From the NCBI RefSeq assembly GCF_000372725.1, contig NW_005202427.1, forward strand, positions 62,001 through 126,000: a stretch of DNA of 64,000 nucleotides, given 5' to 3'. The first letter of the stretch is position 1, and each line of letters begins with the position of its first letter. Both the position numbers and the translations under genes were made by a program. Origin of the DNA: Emiliania huxleyi CCMP1516. Lineage: Eukaryota. The notes beneath the pieces were generated by a model. It did no database searches and had not been told where the DNA came from. It saw only the letters and a program-made list of their open reading frames with translations. Positions 1 to 10,885 of this stretch are shown here, piece by piece.

Positions 1-115
1 GAAAAAGCCCCGGCGAATTCTTCTCCCAGGCACTCCGCGTTATTTTGTCGTGTTTCCATGTGTGCTGTGAGAGAGGCTTTAGCCATCCGGTCCTGGGCGC
101 CAAGATATCAAAGCC

Positions 116-1530
116 ATGTCTGTCCGGACCTCGCGACGCAGCGCGGGTCTGCTCGGCAGCGAGTACGAGGTATCGATCGCTGCTCCGCCAGCGTCACACT
201 GCTGCACCGGCATCAGCGCCTTTCGGCGCCAGGTCGCCTCATGCACGCTTGCGGGCCTCTCCGTCTTCACGCTGGGAGGCCTCTGCTTTGGGTGCGGCTC
301 TCCTCCTTCGCACCCCGTCCACGACGTCCACAAAACACGTCCATACCGTGTTCGCAGGTTTGACTCCGTCTACCCGGTCCTGTACTCGAGCGGCGCTTTC
401 CTCGACCTGTGCGCGGCCGACGAGGCGGCCGCCTGCGCGGCGCGAAGCGGCGAGGAGCGCCAGCGCAGCTGTTGCAAGGCGCAGGCGTCGTCCTTTGTCT
501 CGCTCTCCTCCGTCTCCCTCTTTGCCGCCGACGGAGTGATGGTCGCGTACGGAGAGCTGATGGACCGCCGCGGCGCCCGCTGGTGCATCTCCATCGCGCT
601 CTGTCTCGTCTGCACCGGCCTCGCTCTGCTCTCGATTGCCGGCTCGCTCGGCGCGTCCTCCCCGGCCGCACTCTGGTGGATCGCGTTCCCGCTGATCGGG
701 CTGGCGGGGCCGGGCGTCTTCATGGCGGCCCTGTCATTCGGGGAGGCGCCGCCCAGCCCTGCAGCAGCCACTCACCTCGCGGGTCTCTGCCCACGAGGTC
801 CCCCCGCCGCACGTCCGCAGCTCTTCCCGAACCTCGAGTCCGTCATCGCCCCGCTGGCGGCGTCCATGTTTGACGGCTCCGCCTTTGTGTTTCTGCTCTG
901 GAAGCTCCTCTTCTTGCGCGCCGGCCTGCCCCTCTCCGCCATCGCCGCGGCCTGGCTCTTCCTCTCCGTGCTGGTGGGCGGCTCGACCTGGCGCCTCCCT
1001 CTCTTCGCCCGGCGGCACACCCCAGCGGGTCCCCGACTGGCCGCGGGTGTGGGCTCTAGGTCGCTCCTCCTGTCCAAGCGGCAGACCGAAGGGATGCGGG
1101 CGGAGCGCGAGGCGTCCTTCGCCGAGCGGGTCGACGAGCGCGCGCCCGTCTCTGAGCCGGCGCTGAGGGCAGCCGTCGTGTGGCACTCGGAGGGAGACGG
1201 GCTGCGCCAGCTGCTCTGCCGGACCGACAGCCTGCTCCTGCTCCTCTTCATGTGCACCGCAAACCTCAACCAGACTTTCTACCTCGAGACGTTACCACGC
1301 ACCCTCCGCGCGCGGCCGCCCGCCTGAGGGACGGCCGTGACGCACGTCCACGACACGTTAGGTTCGCCGACCAGCTCCGCGCGACCGCCGCGAGCGGCGG
1401 GTCGCCGCTGCGGCCCGAGCAGGCGGAGCAGATCGTCGAGCTCTTCGACGTCCTGTTCCCGCTCCTCTCGGTCGGCACCACGCCCCTCGCCATCGGCCTC
1501 GTCAACCGGCGCGCAGACCAACGCCGCCGC

Positions 1531-1561
<31 letters not shown>

Positions 1562-2358
1562 GCGCCGCAGCCGCGCGCCACAGCCGCCGCCACAGCCTCC
1601 GACGCCGCTGCCGCGCGGCCGCACGAGTACCAGCGCCGTCGCCGCCGCGTGAGCCCCGCCCCTCTGCTGCAGGAGCCCCGCCCCTCTGCTGCAGGTACGC
1701 CGGGCGAGAGCACGCCTACCTCGGCGCGGTGGTTTGCCTCTCCTGCGCCTTTGGCCTCACCCAGCTGGCGCCGTCGTTCGGGCCGCAGCTCGTCGCCGCC
1801 GTCCTCTTTGGGCCGGCGCGCACGCTGCAGTGGGCCTGCTACTTCCACTTCCTCGCTTCGCCCAGCCGCTACCCGCCCGCCGCGATGGGCCGCGTGGTCG
1901 GGTACGCCAACTTGGTTATCGCTCTCTTCGGCGACCTCCCTCCCAGCTTGCTGGACGCCTACATACAGCACGGCGCATTCCCCTCCGACGTGCCCTCCCG
2001 CTACGTCGCGGCGCACGCCGTCCTCATGACGGCCGTCGCCCTCCTCTCGGCGGCGCTGCCGCTGCAGCTCCTCGCCGCGCGCCGCGCCGCTGAGGGGAGG
2101 TTGTTGGCGCCGCTCGAGCCGCTCGAGAGCGACGGCATCATTGGAGAGCTGCCGCCGTCGAGGCGAGCCCCCCGCGACGGGCTGTCCGACGAGGGAGGCG
2201 AGGACGACGAGGCGGCGTGCTTGCGCCCTGCACGCACCTCGTCGTGCAGGAGTGGGCCGGCGAGCCAGAGGATTCTGAGTACTGCCGCGAGCAGCGGTGG
2301 CACGCTTGGTGGTCAGGTGCTCGAGATAGGCGTGCGCGGTCGCGTCCACAGCATATGA
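116..2358 (+). CDS. MFS-type multi-pass transporter (SLC43/LAT3/FMP42-like), spliced
   Basis: Hydrophobic helices across ORFs 116..1327 and 1180..2358; MFS loop motif YGELMDRRGAR. Frames join through putative introns about 292-357 (GT), 746-820 (GC), 991-1059 (GC), 1291-1361 (GT) and 1509-1694 (GC). Confidence 0.7.
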
Positions 2359-2707
2359 TCATATGATTTGAAAAGAACATGGAGAAAATTTTATGGAGCA
2401 GCTTCGGCGCGGGGGTTCGCGAACCGCAACAAGCTGTCCGACCTCGTGGTCGCGCACGGCTTCAAAACTGTCAGCACGCCCATCTTCAAGGAGCTGAAGG
2501 AGCTCTTCGAAGAGCTCTGACACTGTGTTCACGACGTCCCCTCCGATTTTTCTTTTTATTTTGTGAGAAGAGAACAAGAAAGGACAGCGGCCTGTCAGAG
2601 GGCTTCAAAACTAGCTCAGCAAAAACGCTCTCGCTATACACACAATATATAGACATCATCTCTAGCTCTACACTCGCTTTCTCGCTAGGCCTATAGCTCA
2701 CCATCGA

Positions 2708-2975
2708 AATGGTTGGGTAGTAGCAGTCGCGGGGTAGATAGAGGTGTAGAGGGTTGCCCAAATCTTAGACCTGCTCGCAGGCGAGCGCTGAACTAAGCCC
2801 CCGAAAGGAGACGGGCTCTCAAACTTAGACGCTGGTGATCGCTGATCGGTCGGACTCACGAACCGAACTTAGACGACACCCGACACGAGGCGGCCATTTC
2901 CGGGTCTCTGCAGCCCCCGCCCACGGCCACAGCCCGGCCAGGCCCGGTCCGGCCCGCGGTCTGTAAACAAAAAGT
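2708..2975 (-). mobile_element. Terminal fragment of the TIR element family found intact at 34583-35802
   Basis: Begins aatggttgggtagtag; 2745-2895 is the reverse complement of about 35655-35790, with repeated cttagac motifs. Confidence 0.75.
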
Positions 2976-2981
2976 GTAATA

Positions 2982-4080
2982 CCTCCCCCGGTATTTATAC
3001 CGGTAGGGAGGCGTGTGCCGAATACAAAGTGGATCCCGCCCGCCCGCCCCGCAATAAGCGCAGATGTCCTCTTCAGCCTGCCGAGAGCCTCCTGGCCCGC
3101 GCGCGCGCTCCGCCTGGCGCGCGGAGCGACTCGGTGGACGTCCGAGCCCGCCGCCCCTCGCCACTGCACCCTGCTGGCCCATGCAGCGCGACACCGCCGG
3201 TGCTGCGCCTGCTTCCTTGCGCGCCGCTGGACGTCGGCCGAAAAGACCGCTTCCCTCTGGGGACCCGACTCCGCGAAGATCGCGCGCGTCGTGAATGCGG
3301 CGCGCGCGCGATCTCCGTTCCCGGGCACGCCGGTCGCAGTGGCATGGGATCCCAGGCTCAAAACAGCGCAACAGCGAGCGAGCGCCGCCGCTGCTCCTCC
3401 TCCCGCCGCCGCTCCGCTCACCGAGACAAACTCGGTGCCGCCGTTCTCGCCGCCGCCGCCGCCGCCGCCGCCTCGCCCCTCGCCTCCGTCACCGCCGCCC
3501 TCCATCTCGCGGCGGCGTCCCGCTCTGATGGCGCGGGCGCCTCGCTCGCCGGCGCGCCTCGCCGCTGCCCCCCTCTCGCCGCCGCTCCGCTCGTGGCCGC
3601 CGCCTCCCCTGTCGATCCCGCTGTCCGCACCACCGCTGCCACCGCCTCGCGCCTCACCGCCGCCGCCACCGCCCTCCCCCTCGCCGCTGAGCGGTGCTTG
3701 GCGAGCCTCTCACCGTCCCGGCCGCGGTGCGCACACAGCCTGTGCACACTCTCTCCTTCTCTGTACTCTGACTGCGCCGCCGGCGCCGCCACGCATGCAG
3801 TTAGCTGTTAGGTGCTTGGGTCAGCGGCGTGAGCCGAGAGGTGGCCCACCGCTGACAGCGCTCAGCGCGGGGGCGGGGGGGGGGGGGGGCGCCCCCCGCC
3901 CACACACGCGCGGGACGCGCCCCGGCAGCAGCTAGCTCCTGCCTCCTCTCCGCTCGCGCCACCCCGCGCGCGGGGGCGTGACGTCTGTAGCGAGGCGACG
4001 GTGGTACGGTGTCCGACCCGATCTGGGGTTTTCATATAATGCGGCTCTACTCGTATCGACCAATAAAATACCGGGGGAGG
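2982..4080. mobile_element. Possible TIR element bounded by a 15-bp perfect inverted repeat
   Basis: cctcccccggtattt at 2982-2996 and aaataccgggggagg at 4066-4080; no TSD seen. Confidence 0.4.
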
Positions 4081-5609
4081 CCTGCGCAGCCTCTAACTAT
4101 CCGCTGAGTAAATTTTGCACGACCCCATGGGTCAAATGCTAAACCGCCGTCGCCACGCCCTCCTCTCAGCCTCCGTGCGCAAGTTCTTGCGACGCACGCC
4201 ACTTGTACACAACGCGGGTGAAATACCAGGGAAATGCGCCTGGGGAACACAGTCGTGTGTCTCACTTTTCTCAGTGCATTTGGTCCAAGAATCAAGACTT
4301 GGTTGAAAGTCACGTCTACAACTTTAAACACAAAATGATGCCTTTTGATACTTTTAAAGTCCGACACACACAGGTTCGGCATTCGGGACGGCACCGGCGC
4401 ACCGCCTCGGTGATCTGTGATCTGTAAGGGTCCGCCCGCAGGCGCATTTTGTATACCGAGGCGGTGCCCGGTGCCGAGCGCAGGCAGAGCCCACAGGTCG
4501 GACCTTAAGACAGCGTTGTGGATCCCTGGGCGAGGGTGATGGAGGGGGGGGGTCCGGCGGCAGAGCACCCACCTCCTCCCGGCGTGCTGGGAGGCAGGAT
4601 GTCATCCCCCGTGATCCCGACCGCCCCGTCGGGGGTAGACCGCTCGTCTAGCCGATCAGCCTTAAGCGAGCGGTCTGGCCGTTGGAATGGCCGAGGTTGG
4701 TGGACTTGCGTCCTCGCATCGATCGTGTGGTTACAAGTACAAGTAAGTAGCGTTATGAACAGAACACCCACCATGAACCACGTTCATCGGGAAGGGGGAG
4801 TGCCTATTCGCCCGGCAAAGGGGGCATGCGCGGCCTTTCGGAGCCCCCTTCCTCTGTCGGCTTAGTACGGTTGGTCGGCGCGTCTCCGTCTGAAATCATC
4901 TCTAGGCTTCCGTGGCGGGCCCTCCTTCCGCTGGCGCTCCCGCTTTCTCTGCGCTTTCGTCATCGGCTCCTCGCCCTCGTGATGCTGCTGGCTCACCCCC
5001 TCCCCCTGGCTCATCGAATCGCTACGTTCGTTCTCAAATCGCCCCCGCTTCCTCGGCGGCTGGGACGCCTCGTGCTCTGGCCGTTCCTCGTCTTCGTCCA
5101 TCACTGTAAATTCGTCGTCTGCCTGGCTGCCTTCTCGTTTGGATGGCCCGTTTCGGGTGGTTGCTCGCTCGGCCCTGGCTCTGTTGTGCGGTCGGGCATC
5201 TCTTCGTCCTCGCTCCTCTCTCCATCTCGTCGCCGTCGTTGGCGTCTTCGGGGTGTCTGTGTCCGTCCCCGCCGCTGCCTCCTTGTAGGAGTTCGAAACG
5301 GAGTCGGTCCAGGAAGCGTCGTGCGGCTCTTCGGTTCCGTTGGCCCTTCCTGGGCGCCCGTTGGCTGCCTTGGCTGTCTGCCGTGTTCCACGGCTCGACC
5401 CCAGCTCCCTGCGCCTCGCGCACTGCGTCGAGGGTCCGCTGTGACACTTGCCTCTCGCGCCCGAGCCGAAACCGCAGTAGACTGAGGTGCCCGATCTGGT
5501 ATGCCTTTGTGCCTTTGAGGGCTCGCGGGCCTCTCGGCACCCCTTTGTCTGCCCTCGGCTTGCGTGGCTTTGGGGCGTCTCCACGTTGCTGCCCCTCTCT
5601 ACGCCGCTC

Positions 5610-6110
5610 GTCTCGTACGCCGATGAGCTCTCGCGCCATGGCTGCGAGGCTGTCCCCGTGGCACAGCCTCCCCTCTCGACACGAGGGCGAGCATCCGAGC
5701 CGCACCACCTTGGCGTTGCCGCGGCCGTTCAGCGCGGCCCGCACGCCACGACGGCGTCGTTCCCCGTCCTAGCTTCGTCGGAGCGTCGAGGGGCGATCTC
5801 CTGTGAGAGAAGGGCTGCCCGTTGGCCTGTCGGATGAGCGCTGGCGTGGATCTAGTGTCCCACACGGCCGAGGCGGGAACGGTGCGCAGCCGGAGCCACG
5901 TGTCGAATGCCTCGCATACCTGGTCGCGCAGCGCCTCGTCGGTGCCTCTCTTCCCCATGGGGAATGGGTTGCCGAGCCCGGTGCCTCTCATGATGTTGAC
6001 TGGCAAGGGGCGCGGGACTGTGTCCGCTCCCGTGTCGCGCGTCTCCGCTCGTCGGCTTCCAGTCGCGGTAGATAAAGTCTGCCCCTCGCGTGCGAGGGCC
6101 GACCTTCACA
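5610..6110 (-). pseudogene. Frameshifted DUF4326-like domain
   Basis: VNIMRGTGLGNPF...RDQVCEAFDTWL (ORF 5599..6006) and VRLGCSPSCREGRLCHGDSLA (ORF 5034..5744) resemble the GNPF and C..CHGD motifs of DUF4326 but lie in different frames. Confidence 0.55.
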
Positions 6111-6294
6111 GCTCACACGTCACAAACAAACAAGTATTGCTAAAGATCTCAAAACAACATGGGCTGCAAGGCGCGCGGGCAGCCCGGCCAACCCTTCTCC
6201 CACAAGAAATCGCCCGCGCGCTCCTCCTGCGCGCTCAGGGATGTCATTACCCACGCTGAGGAGCGCGGAACCGCGGAACCCGCCCCGTATGACT

Positions 6295-6693
6295 CTTCCG
6301 CGGCACTTTTCTCCATATCCATTTGTATCGCCCGATTTCCGCCGCGAATTCTTTTTCAACTCTGGGTTGCGTTGTGTTGCCTGCTCGCGCGCCGGGGCCC
6401 TGCTCTCGCCCGCCTGCAGGGCAATGGCCGTCACGGCCATGAGCCCGGGCAAAGAGCTCGGTGCGCGCGCGCCCGAGCCTCCCGCGCGCGTGTGCGGCTG
6501 CGCCGCCGCTGGCAGGCCTCCGCGCGCGCCAATAGCAGCTTTTGCCACGCCTCAGCGCGGCAGGGCCTCTGCGGCATGAGCATGTGGCCCCTCACGCTCG
6601 TTCGGCCCGCCAGCCCCTCCTCTCCCTCCCGCGCGCTCCGACTAACCTCCGCGTGGCGGTCCGCGCCCTCCTCGCCGCTCCGCCAACACCGTA
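6295..6693 (+). repeat. About 400-bp region upstream of the RRM gene, duplicated in inverted orientation at about 10408-10812
   Basis: Near-identical reverse complement; the same peptide appears in ORFs 6159..6782(+) and 10364..10735(-). Confidence 0.9.
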
Positions 6694-6714
6694 CCGCCCC
6701 TCTCGCGCACAGAG

Positions 6715-8164
6715 ATGGGCAAGGTCTTTGTCGGAGGCCTCTCCAGGGACACGACGACGACGGGGCTGCGCTGCTACTTTGAGCAGTTTGGGCACATTTC
6801 GGACTGCGTCGTCATGAAGGACCGCTCGACGGGCGCTCCGCGCGGCTTTGGCTTCGTCACCTACCGCCACCAGACCGTCGCTGATCACGTCGTCGCGCAG
6901 CGTCACTTGATAGACGGCAAGGAGGTCGAGGCCAAGCCGGCCGTGCCGCGCGACTCGGACAGCCTGGCGCGTCCAGCGCTCGTCGCTCCCGTCGTGCCCA
7001 GCGTGCCGCCGGTGCCGGCTCCCCCGGTCGGGCGCGAGGTGAGGGCGGGCGAGCTCAAGATCTTTGTCGGCGGCCTGTCGCACGAGACGAGCGAGCTCGA
7101 GTTCATCACGTATTTCGAGACGTACGGCCGGGTGACGGACTGCGTCATCATGTGCGACCCCCACACACGAAAGCCGCGCGGCTTCGGCTTCATCACGTAC
7201 GACAACACGCCGAGCGTTGACCGCGTGTGCGCCAACAAGTTTCACGACCTCAACGGTGCAGGGCCCCTCCCACCAGGCCCCTCCCGCCAAGCCCCTCCCG
7301 GCGCGGCGCCGCGTGACGCCGCCCTCTGCACGCGGCGCAGGGAAGCGCGTCGAGGTCAAGCGCGCCATACCGCAAGACCGCATGCTCGCCACCGTCGCCG
7401 CGGAGGCCGAGGGCAGGCCTGCGGAAGGCGGACGGTTTCCGCCCTCGCGCAGGCAAGGCGGGCCGTATGTCGGGGCAGGGCCGCACACGATGCCGGCCCC
7501 GTGGGCACGGCCGGCGGGAGCGTACGGCGCGAAGCCCGGCGGACGCCCCGGTGCGGATGAGGCGGCGTCCGGGCTCGAGGGCGCTCACCTCAACAGCGCC
7601 ATCTCGTCGGCGAATTCGGTGCTCGACACGCCTCCGAACGACGTCTTCAACTTTCCGGGAGGCAACTACAGCTCGGCGACGCGCTCCCTCTCTCAAGGGA
7701 CGCGCGTCACGTACGGCGCGCGCTCGGAGGCGCAGCAAGTGGAGACGTCGCGTGCGGCCGCGCAGCAAGAGGCGCTCTTGTGGCAGCTGCAGGAGGAGCA
7801 GCTGAAGCTGCAGATAGCGCAGCAAGAGTTCAACGCGCAGCAGGTCAAGCAGCTGCAGGAGATGCAGCAGCTGGTTGCGGCGCAGCATGCCATCGTGGCC
7901 GAGCAGAGCCGCGCGCTCGGCTCCAATCCGCCCCACGCCCCCATCTACGGCGTGCCGCCAGCCATGCATCCCGAGCAGGCCCTTCAAAACTTGCAGGCGA
8001 TGCAAGATACTCGTAGCGTGCCGCAAAATGGGCCGCAGGCTCCGTCGCTAGCGTACCTCCACGGCGCGTCCGGCATGGGCGAGGTTCAGCAGCAGATGGC
8101 GGTGCTCAACTGCGCCAGCGCCGAGCCCCCGTCGGCGGCCAGTTCTGCGAGCGAGCCCGCCTGA
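6715..8164 (+). CDS. Two-RRM RNA-binding protein (Musashi/DAZAP1/hnRNP A-like) with Q-rich C-terminus
   Basis: RNP2 KVFVGGL/KIFVGGL and RNP1 RGFGFVTY/RGFGFITY; intron 7256-7340 (GT-AG) restores NGKRVEVKRA. Confidence 0.9.
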
Positions 8165-8839
8165 TAGCGAGACCATCGTCCTGCCGATACTCAACATGGA
8201 GCCGCCATGGGTGCTCCCCCCGTGAGCGCTGCTCAGCGAGACGTATGAGCTCCAACCTGCCGAACGGCGTCGTCCACTCATTCAGATCTAGACCTTCTGC
8301 GGGCCCCGCCGGGCCCGCGTCGCGTGTGTGGTAGTTAGAGCCAGGTAGATTCCTAGCCGACGCGAGTAGTCTTGAGGAGATGAGGTGCGCGCAGAATAGG
8401 GACCGTCGCCAGACCTGCACTGTCTGCGCGCATGGACCATGGCCCGCTCGCACCCAATTCAGTGATTCCTGTGTAACGATTCGATTTGTCAGAACAGCAG
8501 CTAGAATCAGTAGCAAAATATGTGCTCAACGCAAAACGTGCGGAGACAACCCCCCCACCATAGATAGAGGAAGATAGACACACAACGAGGAGCGGCGCGG
8601 GTCCGGGGGCGGCGCGTCCGAGACCGAGTTTGCCGCCTCCATGCCGCGCAGCCACTCTAAGGCCCGCGAGCGTCCGCGTCTCTACCGGCCCAAGTAGAGA
8701 GGAGCGGCGCCACGTCGAGGGGGGGGGGGGGGGGAGGGTGAGACGCGGTGTTGAGGCGACCGCGGTGCCGATCCGCGATGGTGACCGCACACACTGCACG
8801 GGCGACTACTGAGGCGAGTCTGTATGTGGCCTCTACAGC

Positions 8840-9697
8840 TCAGGCACCGAGCGCTTGCACAGCCGCCTGGGAGAGCGGCGGTGAGGGCGTCAGTCGTGAG
8901 GGCGGCCGCGGCGCGGGAGGCGGGCGAGAGGCGGCCAGGGGTGGAGAGAGAAGGCTGAGAGGAGAGAGAAGGCAGGGAGGAGAGAGAAGGCCGGGGGAGA
9001 GGGGGGAGGGAGGAGAGAGGAGGCCGGGCGGCGAGCCGCGCACCTCGAACCGCGCGTGCAGCTCGGGCGTCCAAATGAAGCGCGGCTTCGGCGCCTCGCA
9101 ATCGGGCGGCCCGCGGACCGCGGCGGGCTCGGCGGGCTCCCGCGCCGATCCCTTTGGCAGGGGCGACGACGCCGCCGCCGCCGCCGCTGCCGCCGCCGCC
9201 AGCGACTGCATCGGCAAGTTGCCGATGGGCGTCCGGGGTCTGTCGGCGGTGACTGTGAGCTGCGAAGACATTGGCAGCGGCGGCGGAGGCGGCAGCGGCG
9301 GCAGGGAGAGCGGCGGCGGTGGCGCGCTCTGGTCGCTCGGCGACATCAACGCTTGTCGCGTGGCTGGTGTGGAGACATTGTCTGCCGGTGCCAAGCCACC
9401 AGCCACAGCGACAAAGTTCTCTCCCGCACTCACGATGATGAGATCGTCCTCCTCGAGCACCTGTGGCGGCGGGGAGGGTGTCGCGGTGCCTGTGGTAGCG
9501 AATGGGAGCCGTGACGGCGGCACCTCCAACTCCTTGATCTCAAACCCATGATCATCAAAGAGGTCCTAAGCCGCGAATGGCTCGGTCGCGGTGGACAGCG
9601 CGCGGCTCGCCTTCTCGAGCAGAGCCTCCCAGGTCTCGGGGACGATGAACTTCTGGCCATCGGCTCGATGGCCGTTCCGATAGAGTTTGATTCGCAT
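8840..9697 (-). pseudogene. KHA-like domain plus partial GARP/Myb (SHAQKYF-class) domain; apparently disrupted
   Basis: MRIKLYRNGHRADGQKFIVPETWEALLEKASRAL...*DLFDDHGFEIKELE|VLEEDDLIIVSAGENF, then KPRFIWTPELHARFE|AAVQALG. In-frame TAG at 9566-9568; no SHLQK helix found downstream. Confidence 0.6.
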
Positions 9698-9891
9698 CCT
9701 GATTCAATCGTCTTTGCTCGCAGCTCCAGCGTCGAGACGCACGGACTCACCTACCTCCGTCTGCCGCACGCCGCTCTCTCTCCCCGGAGGCGGGCAGCGA
9801 GTGGAGCGCCGCCGGTCCCAGAGACGATGCCGTAGCGATTCTTCGCGCAATCGCGGCAACGATTCTTCACACTAGCTCCCCTGATTTGCTC

Positions 9892-10295
9892 ACTAACCCG
9901 GCACGGGTCAGCACGGGTCAGAATGGGTTACCATAACCCGGCACTAACCCGGCACTAACCCGGCACTAACCCGGCACTAACCCGGCACTAACCCATGCGG
10001 CTGGGGGGCATACGTCAGCATGGGTTATGGTAACCCGAGACTACCCGGCGCTAACCCGGGTTAGTCTCTCCCTCGGACGGCTTGGCTGCACCTTGCCCCT
10101 TGGTGCTCTCCGCGGCAACGCCGTTATCGGTAAGTTGAGCGTGTATGGAGTGAGTCTATCGCGTATCGGTAAGCGCGGGTTAGCGGCGGGTTCCACACGG
10201 GTTAATCCACACTAACCCAGCACGGGTCAGCACGGGTTAGAACGGGTTACCATAACCCGACGCTAACCCGCGCTTACCGATAGACTAACCAGTTT
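9892..10295. repeat. ctaacccggca-type minisatellite / subterminal repeat block
   Basis: Tandem 11-mers at about 9935-9995; the 9892-9945 block recurs at 10211-10260. Confidence 0.7.
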
Positions 10296-10407
10296 AGTCC
10301 CGTACACACACCATGAGAAATCTGGGACCCCTATCTCTCTATTGCGAGATGAAAGAGAGCGTCTCACTCGCCTTGAATCCCCGGCCCTGCGGATGTCCGC
10401 TGCGCTC

Positions 10408-10812
10408 TACGGTGTTGGCGGAGCGAGCGGGAGGGCGCGGACCGCCACGCGGTCGCGGAGGTTAGTCGGAGCGCGCGGGAGGGAGAGGAGGGGCTGGCGG
10501 GCCGAACGAGCGTGAGGGGCCACATGCTCATGCCGCAGAGGCCCTGCCGCGCTGAGGCGTGGCAAAAGCTGCTATTGGCGCGCGCGGAGGCCTGCCGGCG
10601 GCGGCGCAGCCGCACACGCGCGCGGGAGGCTCGGGCGCGCGCGCACCGAGCTCTTTGCCCGGGCTCATGGCCGTGACGGCCATTGCCCTGCAGGCGGGCG
10701 AGAGCAGGGCCCCGGCGCGCGAGCAGGCAACACAACGCAACCCAGAGTTGAAAAAGAATTCGCGGCGGAAATCGGGCGATACAAATGGATATGGAGAAAA
10801 GTGCCGCGGAAG
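10408..10812 (-). repeat. Inverted copy of the RRM-gene upstream region
   Basis: Reverse complement of 6295-6693 with a few small indels. Confidence 0.9.
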
Positions 10813-10885
10813 CAAGACATCATTTGTGTTTAAAGATACATGTAAAACTTTATGACGTGACTTTCAACCACAAGCCCTGGCGAGT

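Noticed and set aside
2410..2520. Coding-like fragment GFANRNKLSDLVVAHGFKTVSTPIFKELKELFEEL*
   Set aside because: Too short and lacks a clear start or family assignment.
3015..3935. 306-aa Pro/Ala-rich ORF
   Set aside because: Low-complexity ccg-rich sequence inside a putative TIR element; no domain evidence.
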